A stretch of 64,000 bases of DNA, taken from positions 32,001-96,000 of IMG/VR virus record IMGVR_UViG_3300042448_000816, one strand, 5' to 3'. The DNA is from a virus. Of the stretch, positions 38,575 to 46,990 are shown in pieces (the stretch's first letter is position 1; each line of letters starts with the position of its first letter). Below the pieces are notes generated by a model. That model saw only the letters and a list, made by a program, of their open reading frames with translations, made no database searches and was not told the DNA's origin. The position numbers and the translations under genes are program-made.

Positions 38575-39252
38575 TTATACTGATACTGCTGCTGGGATGG
38601 TGCGGTCTACGATCTTACCGTAGGATGCATCATTGTTTGGCAGTAGACGGAACGAAACCTCGTACATTGTTGGCTCATCACGCTTTGCAGAAACTGTAAC
38701 ACTCTCGATAGAAAGTGCACGGTATGCAACGTAAATACGCTCAACCTGCTCGTCTGGGTCACAGTCACCTGTACCTGGACCAACAGCCACTAGGCCACGC
38801 TCTACTGGACATTCTCCAATGTCACCAGCAGACATGTTTAGTGTCTTAGATCCAGCTTTGATTCCTGTTGCTCCTGCACTAACGGTTAGATCATCATCTC
38901 TACCAGCTAGTGAGAACAGCAAGTTCTCTAGTGTTGCCTCAGCAAAAGCAGTGTTCAGGTTAACCTGCATACCCTGCTTGTATAGCTTTGCAACGTCAAG
39001 AACCTGATCAACCTGTACCTCACCAAAATCTGGCTGGAACTGAATCTCAAGACCGTTCATTGTGTAACCAACGTTCTCAAAACCGCTGTCGTTCTTTGAT
39101 AGGGTCTCACGGTATGTTCCTGTTGCGTTTCCGACAGCTCCTTCAACTTCATAAGCTGGAAGATCTGTATCTGCGAGTTCTCCGTCATTGTATGTAAACA
39201 ATGCGGCTGCACCAACGATAATGTTAGTGCTTGTACCTCTTGTATATGCCAT
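38575..39252 (-). CDS. Major tail (tube) protein
   Basis: NIIVGAA...VGYTMNG...AEATLENL...YEVSFRLLP; strong SD and own terminator. Confidence 0.85.
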   Translation of the reverse strand: MAYTRGTSTNIIVGAAALFTYNDGELADTDLPAYEVEGAVGNATGTYRETLSKNDSGFENVGYTMNGLEIQFQPDFGEVQVDQVLDVAKLYKQGMQVNLNTAFAEATLENLLFSLAGRDDDLTVSAGATGIKAGSKTLNMSAGDIGECPVERGLVAVGPGTGDCDPDEQVERIYVAYRALSIESVTVSAKRDEPTMYEVSFRLLPNNDASYGKIVDRTIPAAVSV

Positions 39253-39302
39253 TTAAGTCACCTCTTCTTTTTATAGATAATAGGCGTGTTTCCTCAAGCT
39301 TA

Positions 39303-39311
39303 AGTATATCA
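39303..39311 (-). promoter_or_regulatory. Extended -10 (TGATATACT) for the major tail gene
   Basis: Intergenic; same motif family. Confidence 0.55.
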
Positions 39312-39317
39312 GCTTAT

Positions 39318-39932
39318 TTAAATAATTTGTTTTACTGGCAAAATTCTTTCTGGAGTCCAGTCATAATTCGTCATACTTGGCATTTGGTGGTAGTCATAAT
39401 CAATGATAATCTTGTTACCACCATAGGTTCTGGCGGTTCCAAAGTCTATGATATCCCTAGATTCTTCTAGCTGATAAACCTTAAAATCATGAAAGTAAAA
39501 CATGTTATCTACAAGCAATTCTGGGTTTACAACGTTTCCACTGCTATCAATGTTTGCTGCCCCACCTAGGTTTATCTGCCTATTAGCTGCCCAGTTGTTT
39601 ACTTCCTGGGCGGTCTCGTCTCCACGGTCCATGAGCCTAAGAACCTGCTCTTGGATTTGAACCATTTTTTCAATAGGATTCTCGCCATTTGCATAAAAAT
39701 AGTACATAATCTGCTCGCACTTAATGTGTGGAAAACTCCTCTTATTCATCTTGATTAATCTGTCCCATGTGGCCATCGTTCCACCAGTAGGGAAGTAAGA
39801 ATTTAAATCGTTGATCGTAGAAGGCAAGGTAGGGAAAAATGGAGTATCTAGACTAGTGCTATCTAGAATCTTGCTTTGCAGATACTTGTTTATCCATAAA
39901 ACTGGTGTATTTAGTAATGAATCGTTAGACAA
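39318..39932 (-). CDS. Tail terminator-like protein
   Basis: Position just before the major tail gene. Confidence 0.5.
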   Translation of the reverse strand: MSNDSLLNTPVLWINKYLQSKILDSTSLDTPFFPTLPSTINDLNSYFPTGGTMATWDRLIKMNKRSFPHIKCEQIMYYFYANGENPIEKMVQIQEQVLRLMDRGDETAQEVNNWAANRQINLGGAANIDSSGNVVNPELLVDNMFYFHDFKVYQLEESRDIIDFGTARTYGGNKIIIDYDYHQMPSMTNYDWTPERILPVKQII

Positions 39933-40602
39933 TCTTTGCTACCCCCGCATTTGCTACCCAGCGATATCCAGTAGATACTCCGCCAGGCTTTCCAACTCTT
40001 TTGCCTTTAGACAAATTCTTTTTGTAAGAAACTGGGTTTTCTAGGTAAGCACCGATTCCGCTGGCTCTTAAAAAGGCTTGAGTAAAATACTTGTTAAAGA
40101 AGTTATCAAAAACTTGTTCGAATTTTCCTTGGGTATTTCCACCAGGATTTTGAACAGTGACTGGAGACTTAGTAAAAACTTCTTCCCCATTATCCATAAA
40201 GCTTAAAGCTTGTGCCTGTTTTGGAACAATTGTAACAGCTAAACCATTCTCCATGATTCTTGCCTTGTCGTAGAATGGAGTGTTAGATCCATTTTGAATT
40301 GTGCTTGATTGCCTAAATGACGGAATAAAAGAAATTCCTAGATTGCTTACTGTATGTGTTATATCATAAAGTCTAGCATTTGGGCTTCCAGTCTTATCCC
40401 ACTCATACACGTGATGTAAGATTGATGGATTTACCTTAGCATTAGAATCTATATAACTCTTTAATACCTCTATAGTCTTAAATCCAATAGAGTTCATCAA
40501 GTCTTGCTTTCCTAGCTGGATGCCGTCTAAAAATCCCACAGAATAATCCATCATATTTTTCATGTCTTTATTAAACTGTCTTCCATCAAACTTAATTCTC
40601 AT
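39925..40602 (-). CDS. Neck / tail-completion protein
   Basis: Synteny; HHVYEW, KARIMENG..VTIVPK. Confidence 0.5.
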   Translation of the reverse strand: MRIKFDGRQFNKDMKNMMDYSVGFLDGIQLGKQDLMNSIGFKTIEVLKSYIDSNAKVNPSILHHVYEWDKTGSPNARLYDITHTVSNLGISFIPSFRQSSTIQNGSNTPFYDKARIMENGLAVTIVPKQAQALSFMDNGEEVFTKSPVTVQNPGGNTQGKFEQVFDNFFNKYFTQAFLRASGIGAYLENPVSYKKNLSKGKRVGKPGGVSTGYRWVANAGVAKIV

Positions 40603-41048
40603 AGGTCTGCCGCCTGATTTTCTGATCTGCGGACAATTACCTTGTAATACTCTACTGATCCAAAAGGTCCTACGAAAGGCTCTACAGTAGCTACTTCAAA
40701 CAAGGTGGACTTTCCAGCTCTTGGGCCTGATGTTTCTACATAAATTTCATTAAGATGCTTGTCTTTTATGTTAGTAACAATAATATTTGTTATTGAGTTT
40801 TGAACGTCTTCATTTGAAAATCTAATGTCTGTTCTAACCCTACCCAGCATTACGCTATCCTGGGTAATATTAGCATTTGGCTTAATATCTTCTTTCCAGG
40901 CAGTGCCAGCAGAATTAAAATTACAAGCGATTGTTCTGTCATGCATCCAGTTTTTCTTGACATTTCCATATGGACCTTGATCAACGACTGGGTAGTAAAT
41001 GTCTGCAAGCATTGGAAAGATAATTGACGTATTCTCGCAGGTAGCCAT
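40599..41048 (-). CDS. Head-closure (stopper)-like protein
   Basis: Synteny; YGNVKKNW, FEVATVEP...YYKVIVRR beta pattern. Confidence 0.55.
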   Translation of the reverse strand: MATCENTSIIFPMLADIYYPVVDQGPYGNVKKNWMHDRTIACNFNSAGTAWKEDIKPNANITQDSVMLGRVRTDIRFSNEDVQNSITNIIVTNIKDKHLNEIYVETSGPRAGKSTLFEVATVEPFVGPFGSVEYYKVIVRRSENQAADL

Positions 41049-41941
41049 TATAAGACTCCAAGTCTAGTAATAGACTTAGCATACTTTGAAAGTATCTTGT
41101 CTACTATGATATTTCCTGTTCCCTCAAATACCCTGCTGTCAAACTGTAGTCTAAACTGGTCTGTGTTGTATGCAGAAATATATCTTTGGTAGTAGTCATT
41201 TCTGCCACACTTGATGTCATCAATCAGCAGAGTTGCTGCTCTAACGATGTCTGAGGGCACTGTAGGATATCCCACCTCTAACACAAACTTATAGTCATAT
41301 CCGTTAGGAAAACCTCGTAGAGGCGGCAGGTTGGCGTCTACAAGGTCTGAGCCAGCAGCTGGCAAAATTAGAGGAGCCTGTTCGTTTCTATTAACCCTGT
41401 CTGCAGCAACCTCTGTGATAGCTGTTTTGTCTCTGGTTATTTCATAGGTTCGGTCTGTAACCAATTCGTTATTTTCGTATACAGACAAGATTCTTTTTGC
41501 ATCCCACCATAAAGGTATATAGTCTGCTCCAAGACCTACAACCTCTAAAGTTTTCTTTTTGTAGTAAAAGCCTTCTGGAATAACCGAATCGATAACAGCT
41601 CTGGCAATTTCTTCATACTTAGTATATTCTGCAATCTCTGAGGCAGTTGTACCTAGAGTGGATGGATCCACATAAGGCCTAACAAGCTCAGTCGTATCAT
41701 CATAGAGTAAAACATCTACCCCATTTACAGCATCAAACTCTACTCTATAGTCTCCATCATATTTTGCAGGAAGTGTATAAGAAAAGGTGTCTCCAGCCTC
41801 ACCAGTATGATCCGTAACAACCTCAGACAAGTCGGAAAGGTCTGTGACCCTTATGTAAAAGTCTGTTTCTTCAGTGTACCACTCTGGTACTACAAAATTT
41901 AAAGTTAGGTCATCGTGCGGAGCCAGTCTTAATAATTCCAT
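41048..41941 (-). CDS. Head-tail adaptor protein
   Basis: RPYVDP...ARAVIDS...GYPTVPSDIVRAATLL...VDKILSKY. Confidence 0.65.
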   Translation of the reverse strand: MELLRLAPHDDLTLNFVVPEWYTEETDFYIRVTDLSDLSEVVTDHTGEAGDTFSYTLPAKYDGDYRVEFDAVNGVDVLLYDDTTELVRPYVDPSTLGTTASEIAEYTKYEEIARAVIDSVIPEGFYYKKKTLEVVGLGADYIPLWWDAKRILSVYENNELVTDRTYEITRDKTAITEVAADRVNRNEQAPLILPAAGSDLVDANLPPLRGFPNGYDYKFVLEVGYPTVPSDIVRAATLLIDDIKCGRNDYYQRYISAYNTDQFRLQFDSRVFEGTGNIIVDKILSKYAKSITRLGVL

Positions 41942-42363
41942 TACTTACCGAAATCTCTCGCAACTTCTTCTGGGGTTGCAATTCTGATGTGGTCACGTGT
42001 TGCCCACTTATCTGCAGCCTGCTTTGTCACAATGTTGTAGCCCTTAGAAACCTGACCAACTCCAGACCAGTTAACATTTCTTGTAGAGTAAATTGCAACT
42101 GTGTCTTTTGATTCGGATACTTTTGGCTTGTCTGTTTCTTTCTTTTCTGCACTAGCTGATCCAATCACATTTTCTTCATTAGAAGTAACGGACAGATTTG
42201 GACTAGTAGCCATCTTGTCTGAAGAAATTACATCGTTACGCTCTTCTTGAGCTTTTACAGCTTCTTTATATTTTTCTATAAGTGGATGAGGAATTAAAGC
42301 TTCGCCATCTTCTAGTTTGGCAAGTGGTACATCTTTAAATTTTGAATTATTATTTTCGGACAT
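41941..42363 (-). CDS. Hypothetical virion-associated protein
   Basis: SD AAGGAG; follows the capsid terminator and a promoter. Confidence 0.65.
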   Translation of the reverse strand: MSENNNSKFKDVPLAKLEDGEALIPHPLIEKYKEAVKAQEERNDVISSDKMATSPNLSVTSNEENVIGSASAEKKETDKPKVSESKDTVAIYSTRNVNWSGVGQVSKGYNIVTKQAADKWATRDHIRIATPEEVARDFGK

Positions 42364-42386
42364 GACTATCTCCTTCTTTACCTTTA

Positions 42387-42395
42387 ATTATAACA
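42387..42395 (-). promoter_or_regulatory. Extended -10 (TGTTATAAT) re-starting transcription after the capsid terminator
   Basis: Lies between the terminator and the SD. Confidence 0.6.
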
Positions 42396-42403
42396 GATAT
42401 TAG

Positions 42404-42441
42404 AAAAGGGAGCAGGAGATTTTACTCACCTGCCCCCTTTT
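42404..42441 (-). terminator. Intrinsic terminator after the major capsid gene
   Basis: AAAAGGGGGCAGG...CCTGCTCCCTTTT hairpin. Confidence 0.8.
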
Positions 42442-42458
42442 AGTAGGTTGCGTTAGAC

Positions 42459-43571
42459 TTATGAAGCGTCTACAGCGTCTGCGTCAGCGAACGCAATTGC
42501 GTCCTCTTCTTCCCACTGAATACCAAAACGTACGAATACGGTGTACTCAATGGTGTCCTTCTTAGGAACATACTGACGGTTAACAGTGATGTCTCTCTGG
42601 AAACCCCATACACGGTTCTGTGGGAATGTAAGGTCTACATATCCTGCAGGGTAGTAAGGTACTTCCTGAACATCAATGCCTAGAACACGGGTAGTGCGAG
42701 CACCACCGAATGTCTGGCCCTGGCCGTCAAGGTAAGCCTGGGTGTTAGCCTGGGTGTTACCGTTGTGGCCTAGTGCCTCAGCAATTGCATCTGATAGGGT
42801 TCCGTTGTTCTTAACGATTCCCTGGAATGCGTCTGTACCAGCGTAGAACTTAAGATTGCTCTTAAGTGCACGGTACTTCCTTGGCAATGCAAGAATAATC
42901 TTCTGCATTACGTCTGGAGTCCATGAGTTGTCTGCGACTGTTACAACTGCTTCGTGTGCATCTCCTGTTGTAGCCTTGTGGACAAATCCTTCCATGATAG
43001 AAGTAAATGCTGTTCCACCAGCTCCAACACCGTTGATAGCTAGATCTTCGATGTCATTTGCAAATGCATTTGTCATCAAACGAACTAGGTGGTCCTCTAG
43101 GGCACCACCCTCAACGTTGTCTTCTAGTGCTTCAGCTGAAACTTCCCAGTCCAGACGAATCTTCTTGGTAGAAAGTTCGACCTTTGAGAATGTTGCACCT
43201 GTGTTTGTGTACTCTGCATTAGCCTGAGCTGCTGCACGAATAACACGTTCGCCTACGTTAACTTTTTCAAGTTCCATAGAGTTGGCTCGCATAGTTACAC
43301 GACGACCATCTTTGGCGAGAATAGTGGCGTCCCATACGTAGTCAATAAAACGACGTGCCTGTTCAGGGCGTAGGATACCGCTTGCCGCATCACCCGAAGG
43401 ATTTACGGCATTTGGACCACTTGTTACTCCTAGTGTTGCTGTTGGGATGTTGCCCAGTGTGTCTGCACCTGGGTTACTTACACCACCAATTCCTCCAGAC
43501 GCAAAAGCACCTTCGCCATTAACTTCGTTAGCACCAGCACCTGGATAGTTTTTAATAATCTCTTCCGACAT
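42459..43571 (-). CDS. Major capsid protein (HK97 fold)
   Basis: GILRPEQARRFID, LEDNVEG, DIEDLAING; SD AGGAGG 8 nt before ATG 43571; follows the protease. Confidence 0.9.
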   Translation of the reverse strand: MSEEIIKNYPGAGANEVNGEGAFASGGIGGVSNPGADTLGNIPTATLGVTSGPNAVNPSGDAASGILRPEQARRFIDYVWDATILAKDGRRVTMRANSMELEKVNVGERVIRAAAQANAEYTNTGATFSKVELSTKKIRLDWEVSAEALEDNVEGGALEDHLVRLMTNAFANDIEDLAINGVGAGGTAFTSIMEGFVHKATTGDAHEAVVTVADNSWTPDVMQKIILALPRKYRALKSNLKFYAGTDAFQGIVKNNGTLSDAIAEALGHNGNTQANTQAYLDGQGQTFGGARTTRVLGIDVQEVPYYPAGYVDLTFPQNRVWGFQRDITVNRQYVPKKDTIEYTVFVRFGIQWEEEDAIAFADADAVDAS

Positions 43572-43596
43572 AATTGTCACCTCCTGTGATATTTGT

Positions 43597-44166
43597 TTAT
43601 TTGAATAGATCGGCAGTTTTGAGGAAACGTCCGCCCCATAGGGATTTCTGAACCTGTTCTGGTTCAGATTCCTGAACGATCTCGCCTAGATCGCCAGACT
43701 TGCGGAAAGCGGTGTCAGCCTCAACAGCGTCTACCCTCTTTCCAAACTCGTTAAACTGTCCCTTGGCTTCTGTTACCTCATTTTTTACAGAGTCAATTGA
43801 CTTGCTTAGTGCAGATACCTGCTCGTGTAGAGCTTTTACGGTATTTGCTAGATCGCTAAAGGCTGATGTTAGAGTACTCTGGATTTCAGTAACTGCATTT
43901 ACAATTACTTCTTCCGACTTAGATACCCCTTCTTCCTCGGCTACAGCTTCAGACTTCATTTCTTCTTCAGACTTCATCTCGTCTTCAGACTTTGTTTCGT
44001 CTTCATCTTCCATCTTCTCTTCATCCATAGACTTCTCTTTGTCTTCAGAGTAGGACTTTTCTACTGCATCTTCGGTTGCGGCATCTGCCTCTGGAGCGAC
44101 CTGTGATTCTTCTACAACGTCATCAGACTTTTCGACGACGTCTTCAGTGATTGTTGTTTCACTCAT
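43597..44166 (-). CDS. Nested in-frame scaffolding protein (189 aa) from an internal start
   Basis: AAGGAGGT 7 nt before an in-frame ATG at 44166 (MSETTITE...). Confidence 0.7.
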   Translation of the reverse strand: MSETTITEDVVEKSDDVVEESQVAPEADAATEDAVEKSYSEDKEKSMDEEKMEDEDETKSEDEMKSEEEMKSEAVAEEEGVSKSEEVIVNAVTEIQSTLTSAFSDLANTVKALHEQVSALSKSIDSVKNEVTEAKGQFNEFGKRVDAVEADTAFRKSGDLGEIVQESEPEQVQKSLWGGRFLKTADLFK

Positions 44167-44922
44167 AGGACTTACCTCCTTGTTAATCTCAGTTTTAATG
44201 CCTTTAGCACTATCAACTAAGAACTTTATCATATCTGTTTTTTCGTTATCGTTCTTTTCAACGAAACCTATATTTTGCATTGGAGCTCCAGACGTTGGGC
44301 TTTGCTCTGATTCATTTTCTGACAACATGACTATGCCAGATTCTGCATCCCAAAAGACATTCTCAATTGGGGTATCTAAGCTTTCACCCTTAATCATTTC
44401 TACTCCGTCAACTTTTTCGACAGATAAAACATTTGCAAACTGGTTTGCTGGATTATCTACCAGAGACAATTCTACCAGATCGTAGTCTTTTATGATTCGA
44501 ATTTTTGAATCCATTTTCTCATCATACCCGTCATCCCACTTATTCATTTTTCCACCAATAGAAAAACCAGAAAGTGTGCCGTCTAAGACCTTTTCCCAGG
44601 TGTTTTGAGCACCCTTTGAAATATATGTTGATACGTAAACGCCAGAATAGAACTTCTTGGCTTCTGGATCAAAGTACTTGTCTTCTTTAAAAGAGATCAT
44701 CTTTCCAACTGCTGTTGGTTGATGCATTTCTCTAATGTTACCACGAAACTTTGAGAAAGCCTTTACGCTGGCTTCTGTTGTGACTATGTCAGCCTGCTTG
44801 TCAATATTATCAAGTGTGGCAAAGCCAGAGACAATACGTCTCTCTACGTCCACTTTACTGAACGGCATTGATAGGCGAACGTTGTCACCTTCAGTATCCC
44901 AATGGGCTTTCTGCATAGTCAT
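43597..44922 (-). CDS. HK97-family prohead protease fused to an acidic scaffold
   Basis: IVSGFAT, REMH, GFSIGG, ELSLVDNPAN; acidic coiled-coil C-half. Confidence 0.88.
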   Translation of the reverse strand: MTMQKAHWDTEGDNVRLSMPFSKVDVERRIVSGFATLDNIDKQADIVTTEASVKAFSKFRGNIREMHQPTAVGKMISFKEDKYFDPEAKKFYSGVYVSTYISKGAQNTWEKVLDGTLSGFSIGGKMNKWDDGYDEKMDSKIRIIKDYDLVELSLVDNPANQFANVLSVEKVDGVEMIKGESLDTPIENVFWDAESGIVMLSENESEQSPTSGAPMQNIGFVEKNDNEKTDMIKFLVDSAKGIKTEINKEVSPMSETTITEDVVEKSDDVVEESQVAPEADAATEDAVEKSYSEDKEKSMDEEKMEDEDETKSEDEMKSEEEMKSEAVAEEEGVSKSEEVIVNAVTEIQSTLTSAFSDLANTVKALHEQVSALSKSIDSVKNEVTEAKGQFNEFGKRVDAVEADTAFRKSGDLGEIVQESEPEQVQKSLWGGRFLKTADLFK

Positions 44923-44931
44923 GTTATCTCA

Positions 44932-44937
44932 ATTATA
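44932..44937 (-). promoter_or_regulatory. -10 element TATAAT upstream of the protease
   Basis: 9 nt before ATG 44922; no SD. Confidence 0.5.
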
Positions 44938-44969
44938 AGGCTCTTTTATGAAAAGTATCAAAAATGATG

Positions 44970-46601
44970 CTATTCTGAAGACCTTCCCTCTCCAGCTGGA
45001 TTTCGTCCAGCTACAGTAGCGGTGCTGTCTGAAGAGTTATTTGCTCTTTCAGAATCTCTTTGTCTGTTCTGAGCAGTGTTAGCTCTTGCATCTGTGGCTT
45101 GTCTAGTTGACATTTCAAATGGCTCATCGCCGTCTGGTCTTTGTGGTAGTCCAAGCTTTTCACGAGCTTCGTTAGGCACCATAATCTGAGTCTTAACGTA
45201 TCTCTCAAGAATCTGAGACTGAGCAATTTCATCTGTCAAAGTTAGCTCATTAAACTTAAAGTCTAGGATGTCTGTCTTTTCTTTAATGACCTTGCTCATC
45301 ATTTTTTCTAGATTTGCCTGAGCTGGTCTTGCAACCTGCTCTTTAAATGTACGGTCTTGAGCTAGAGCTGCTGCGATGTTAGCTGCATCCCCTCCACCAA
45401 TCTTTGAGAGAGGAACTTGGTGGGCAACAAGAATGTCGTCCCTATTTCTAAGCCTGTAGTCGTTAAAGGATGCCTCTTGCACTCCAGCCTCAATTGGCTC
45501 CATCTTAAATTCTACCTTGTTTGTATCTGTGTCTGCTGGTAGAGGAATGTATAGGGTTCTGTGAGACTGGCCCTTTAAGCTAGTCTGAAGGAATCTGAAC
45601 ATCTTGTCTTCTGCGTCAGAAGACAGCTTTGCACCCTTTAGAGTTACGATATACCTTGGAACACCCTTGTTTCCAAAGTAGTCAATGTTATACTGAGAGG
45701 CTAGCTGGTCTCCATGCAAAGCTGAGATTGCAGACATGATGTCTGGAACCCCATAGAAAGTATTTAGCGGAGAGTATTCTTTATAGTGAATGATCTCGTT
45801 TGGTCTTGGGTCTCCAGTAATTGGATTCTGGTTCTTTGCCCCGAAGTTTTTGAAGTAAACAACTTTCTGACCAATAATCTGAACATATCCGTCACGCAGT
45901 CTTCGAACTCTCATAGTTGTAGATGGGATGTGGCCAAGGTAGCCAATTTCTCCAGTAACAGTTCTTCCTACCTCAAGATATCCGTTTCCAGTTGCCTGAA
46001 CGTCTGTATAAAACTTCATCATCGTATTTGAAAAAGAGTCGTCGCTGTTTAGAGTCTCAAGCCACTCACGCATTTCAACCTTTGCTCTTTCAATACGCTT
46101 TCTGGCCTTGTCTGTTGCAGTTTCGCTACTGGATGCTTCAAGCTGCATCATAGTTCTTTTTGAAATGTGGAAGTCGTATCCTAGACCAACAATGTTTTCA
46201 ACCTTTGCATCAATAGCTGCGTGGTTAGCAAAAGATGTATCGTAGTAGTTAGCCAGTTCATAAAGGTTCCATGGTGGGGTAATTACGTCAAACATTCCAT
46301 AGCCATTGTGGAATACTGATCCAGGATTAATCTCTTTGGAGGTTGCTCCGTTTTGTCCAGTGCTTCTAGCTAGGGCACTATCCTGGTACCCTTGCCTAGT
46401 TGTATCTACTCCAGTAAAGTCAAGACTTTCATATGCCTTAACAATACGGTCTGATCGTCTTTTAAAATTCTTTTCTATTCCAGAAAGGCTTTTTAGCTCA
46501 TCCCATTTTTTATTAAATGGATCCTGCTTTTTAAACAGGTCTTCTGCTAGCTCTTCTTCTGGCACAAAAGCTTGGATTGGATACTGATACTCATCCGACA
46601 T
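44970..46601 (-). CDS. Portal protein
   Basis: TGNGYLEV.R...LGHIP, EIIHYK.Y...YGVP, NEAREKLGL. Confidence 0.9.
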   Translation of the reverse strand: MSDEYQYPIQAFVPEEELAEDLFKKQDPFNKKWDELKSLSGIEKNFKRRSDRIVKAYESLDFTGVDTTRQGYQDSALARSTGQNGATSKEINPGSVFHNGYGMFDVITPPWNLYELANYYDTSFANHAAIDAKVENIVGLGYDFHISKRTMMQLEASSSETATDKARKRIERAKVEMREWLETLNSDDSFSNTMMKFYTDVQATGNGYLEVGRTVTGEIGYLGHIPSTTMRVRRLRDGYVQIIGQKVVYFKNFGAKNQNPITGDPRPNEIIHYKEYSPLNTFYGVPDIMSAISALHGDQLASQYNIDYFGNKGVPRYIVTLKGAKLSSDAEDKMFRFLQTSLKGQSHRTLYIPLPADTDTNKVEFKMEPIEAGVQEASFNDYRLRNRDDILVAHQVPLSKIGGGDAANIAAALAQDRTFKEQVARPAQANLEKMMSKVIKEKTDILDFKFNELTLTDEIAQSQILERYVKTQIMVPNEAREKLGLPQRPDGDEPFEMSTRQATDARANTAQNRQRDSERANNSSDSTATVAGRNPAGEGRSSE

Positions 46602-46603
46602 TG

Positions 46604-46972
46604 TTACTCATCTCCATAAAGTTCTAAGGTTTTCTTTGCTGCAATAACGGCACCAATGTCGTTTAGAGATGGTATTAGGCCTTGCTTCATTCGGTCTACC
46701 TGCTCGCTATACTCTTCATCGGTAATTCTTGCTGTTCCTGGGAAAAACACATGGGTTCCATTAGGCTCTCCGTAGTAGGCAGCTGCCTGTTTTAGCTTTG
46801 CAATCTGATTTTCATCGCCCCTATTAGCCTGAACGTTTAGGATATTGCCGTTTCCATCAGTAAACCACTTGCCATTAGCCTTTTTCCAAACATATACGCC
46901 CCAGGAATAACCCGTTTGATCTACAAGAGTTACTTTAGCTTTACCAATTGCTTCTGCAAATTTGTCTTCCAT
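46604..46972 (-). CDS. Hypothetical protein
   Basis: ORF upstream of the portal; ATG 46972 lies 7 nt after TATACT. Confidence 0.65.
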   Translation of the reverse strand: MEDKFAEAIGKAKVTLVDQTGYSWGVYVWKKANGKWFTDGNGNILNVQANRGDENQIAKLKQAAAYYGEPNGTHVFFPGTARITDEEYSEQVDRMKQGLIPSLNDIGAVIAAKKTLELYGDE

Positions 46973-46979
46973 GACCACT

Positions 46980-46988
46980 AGTATACCA
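46980..46988 (-). promoter_or_regulatory. Extended -10 (TGGTATACT), leaderless geometry
   Basis: Intergenic; same motif family. Confidence 0.55.
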
Positions 46989-46990
46989 TA

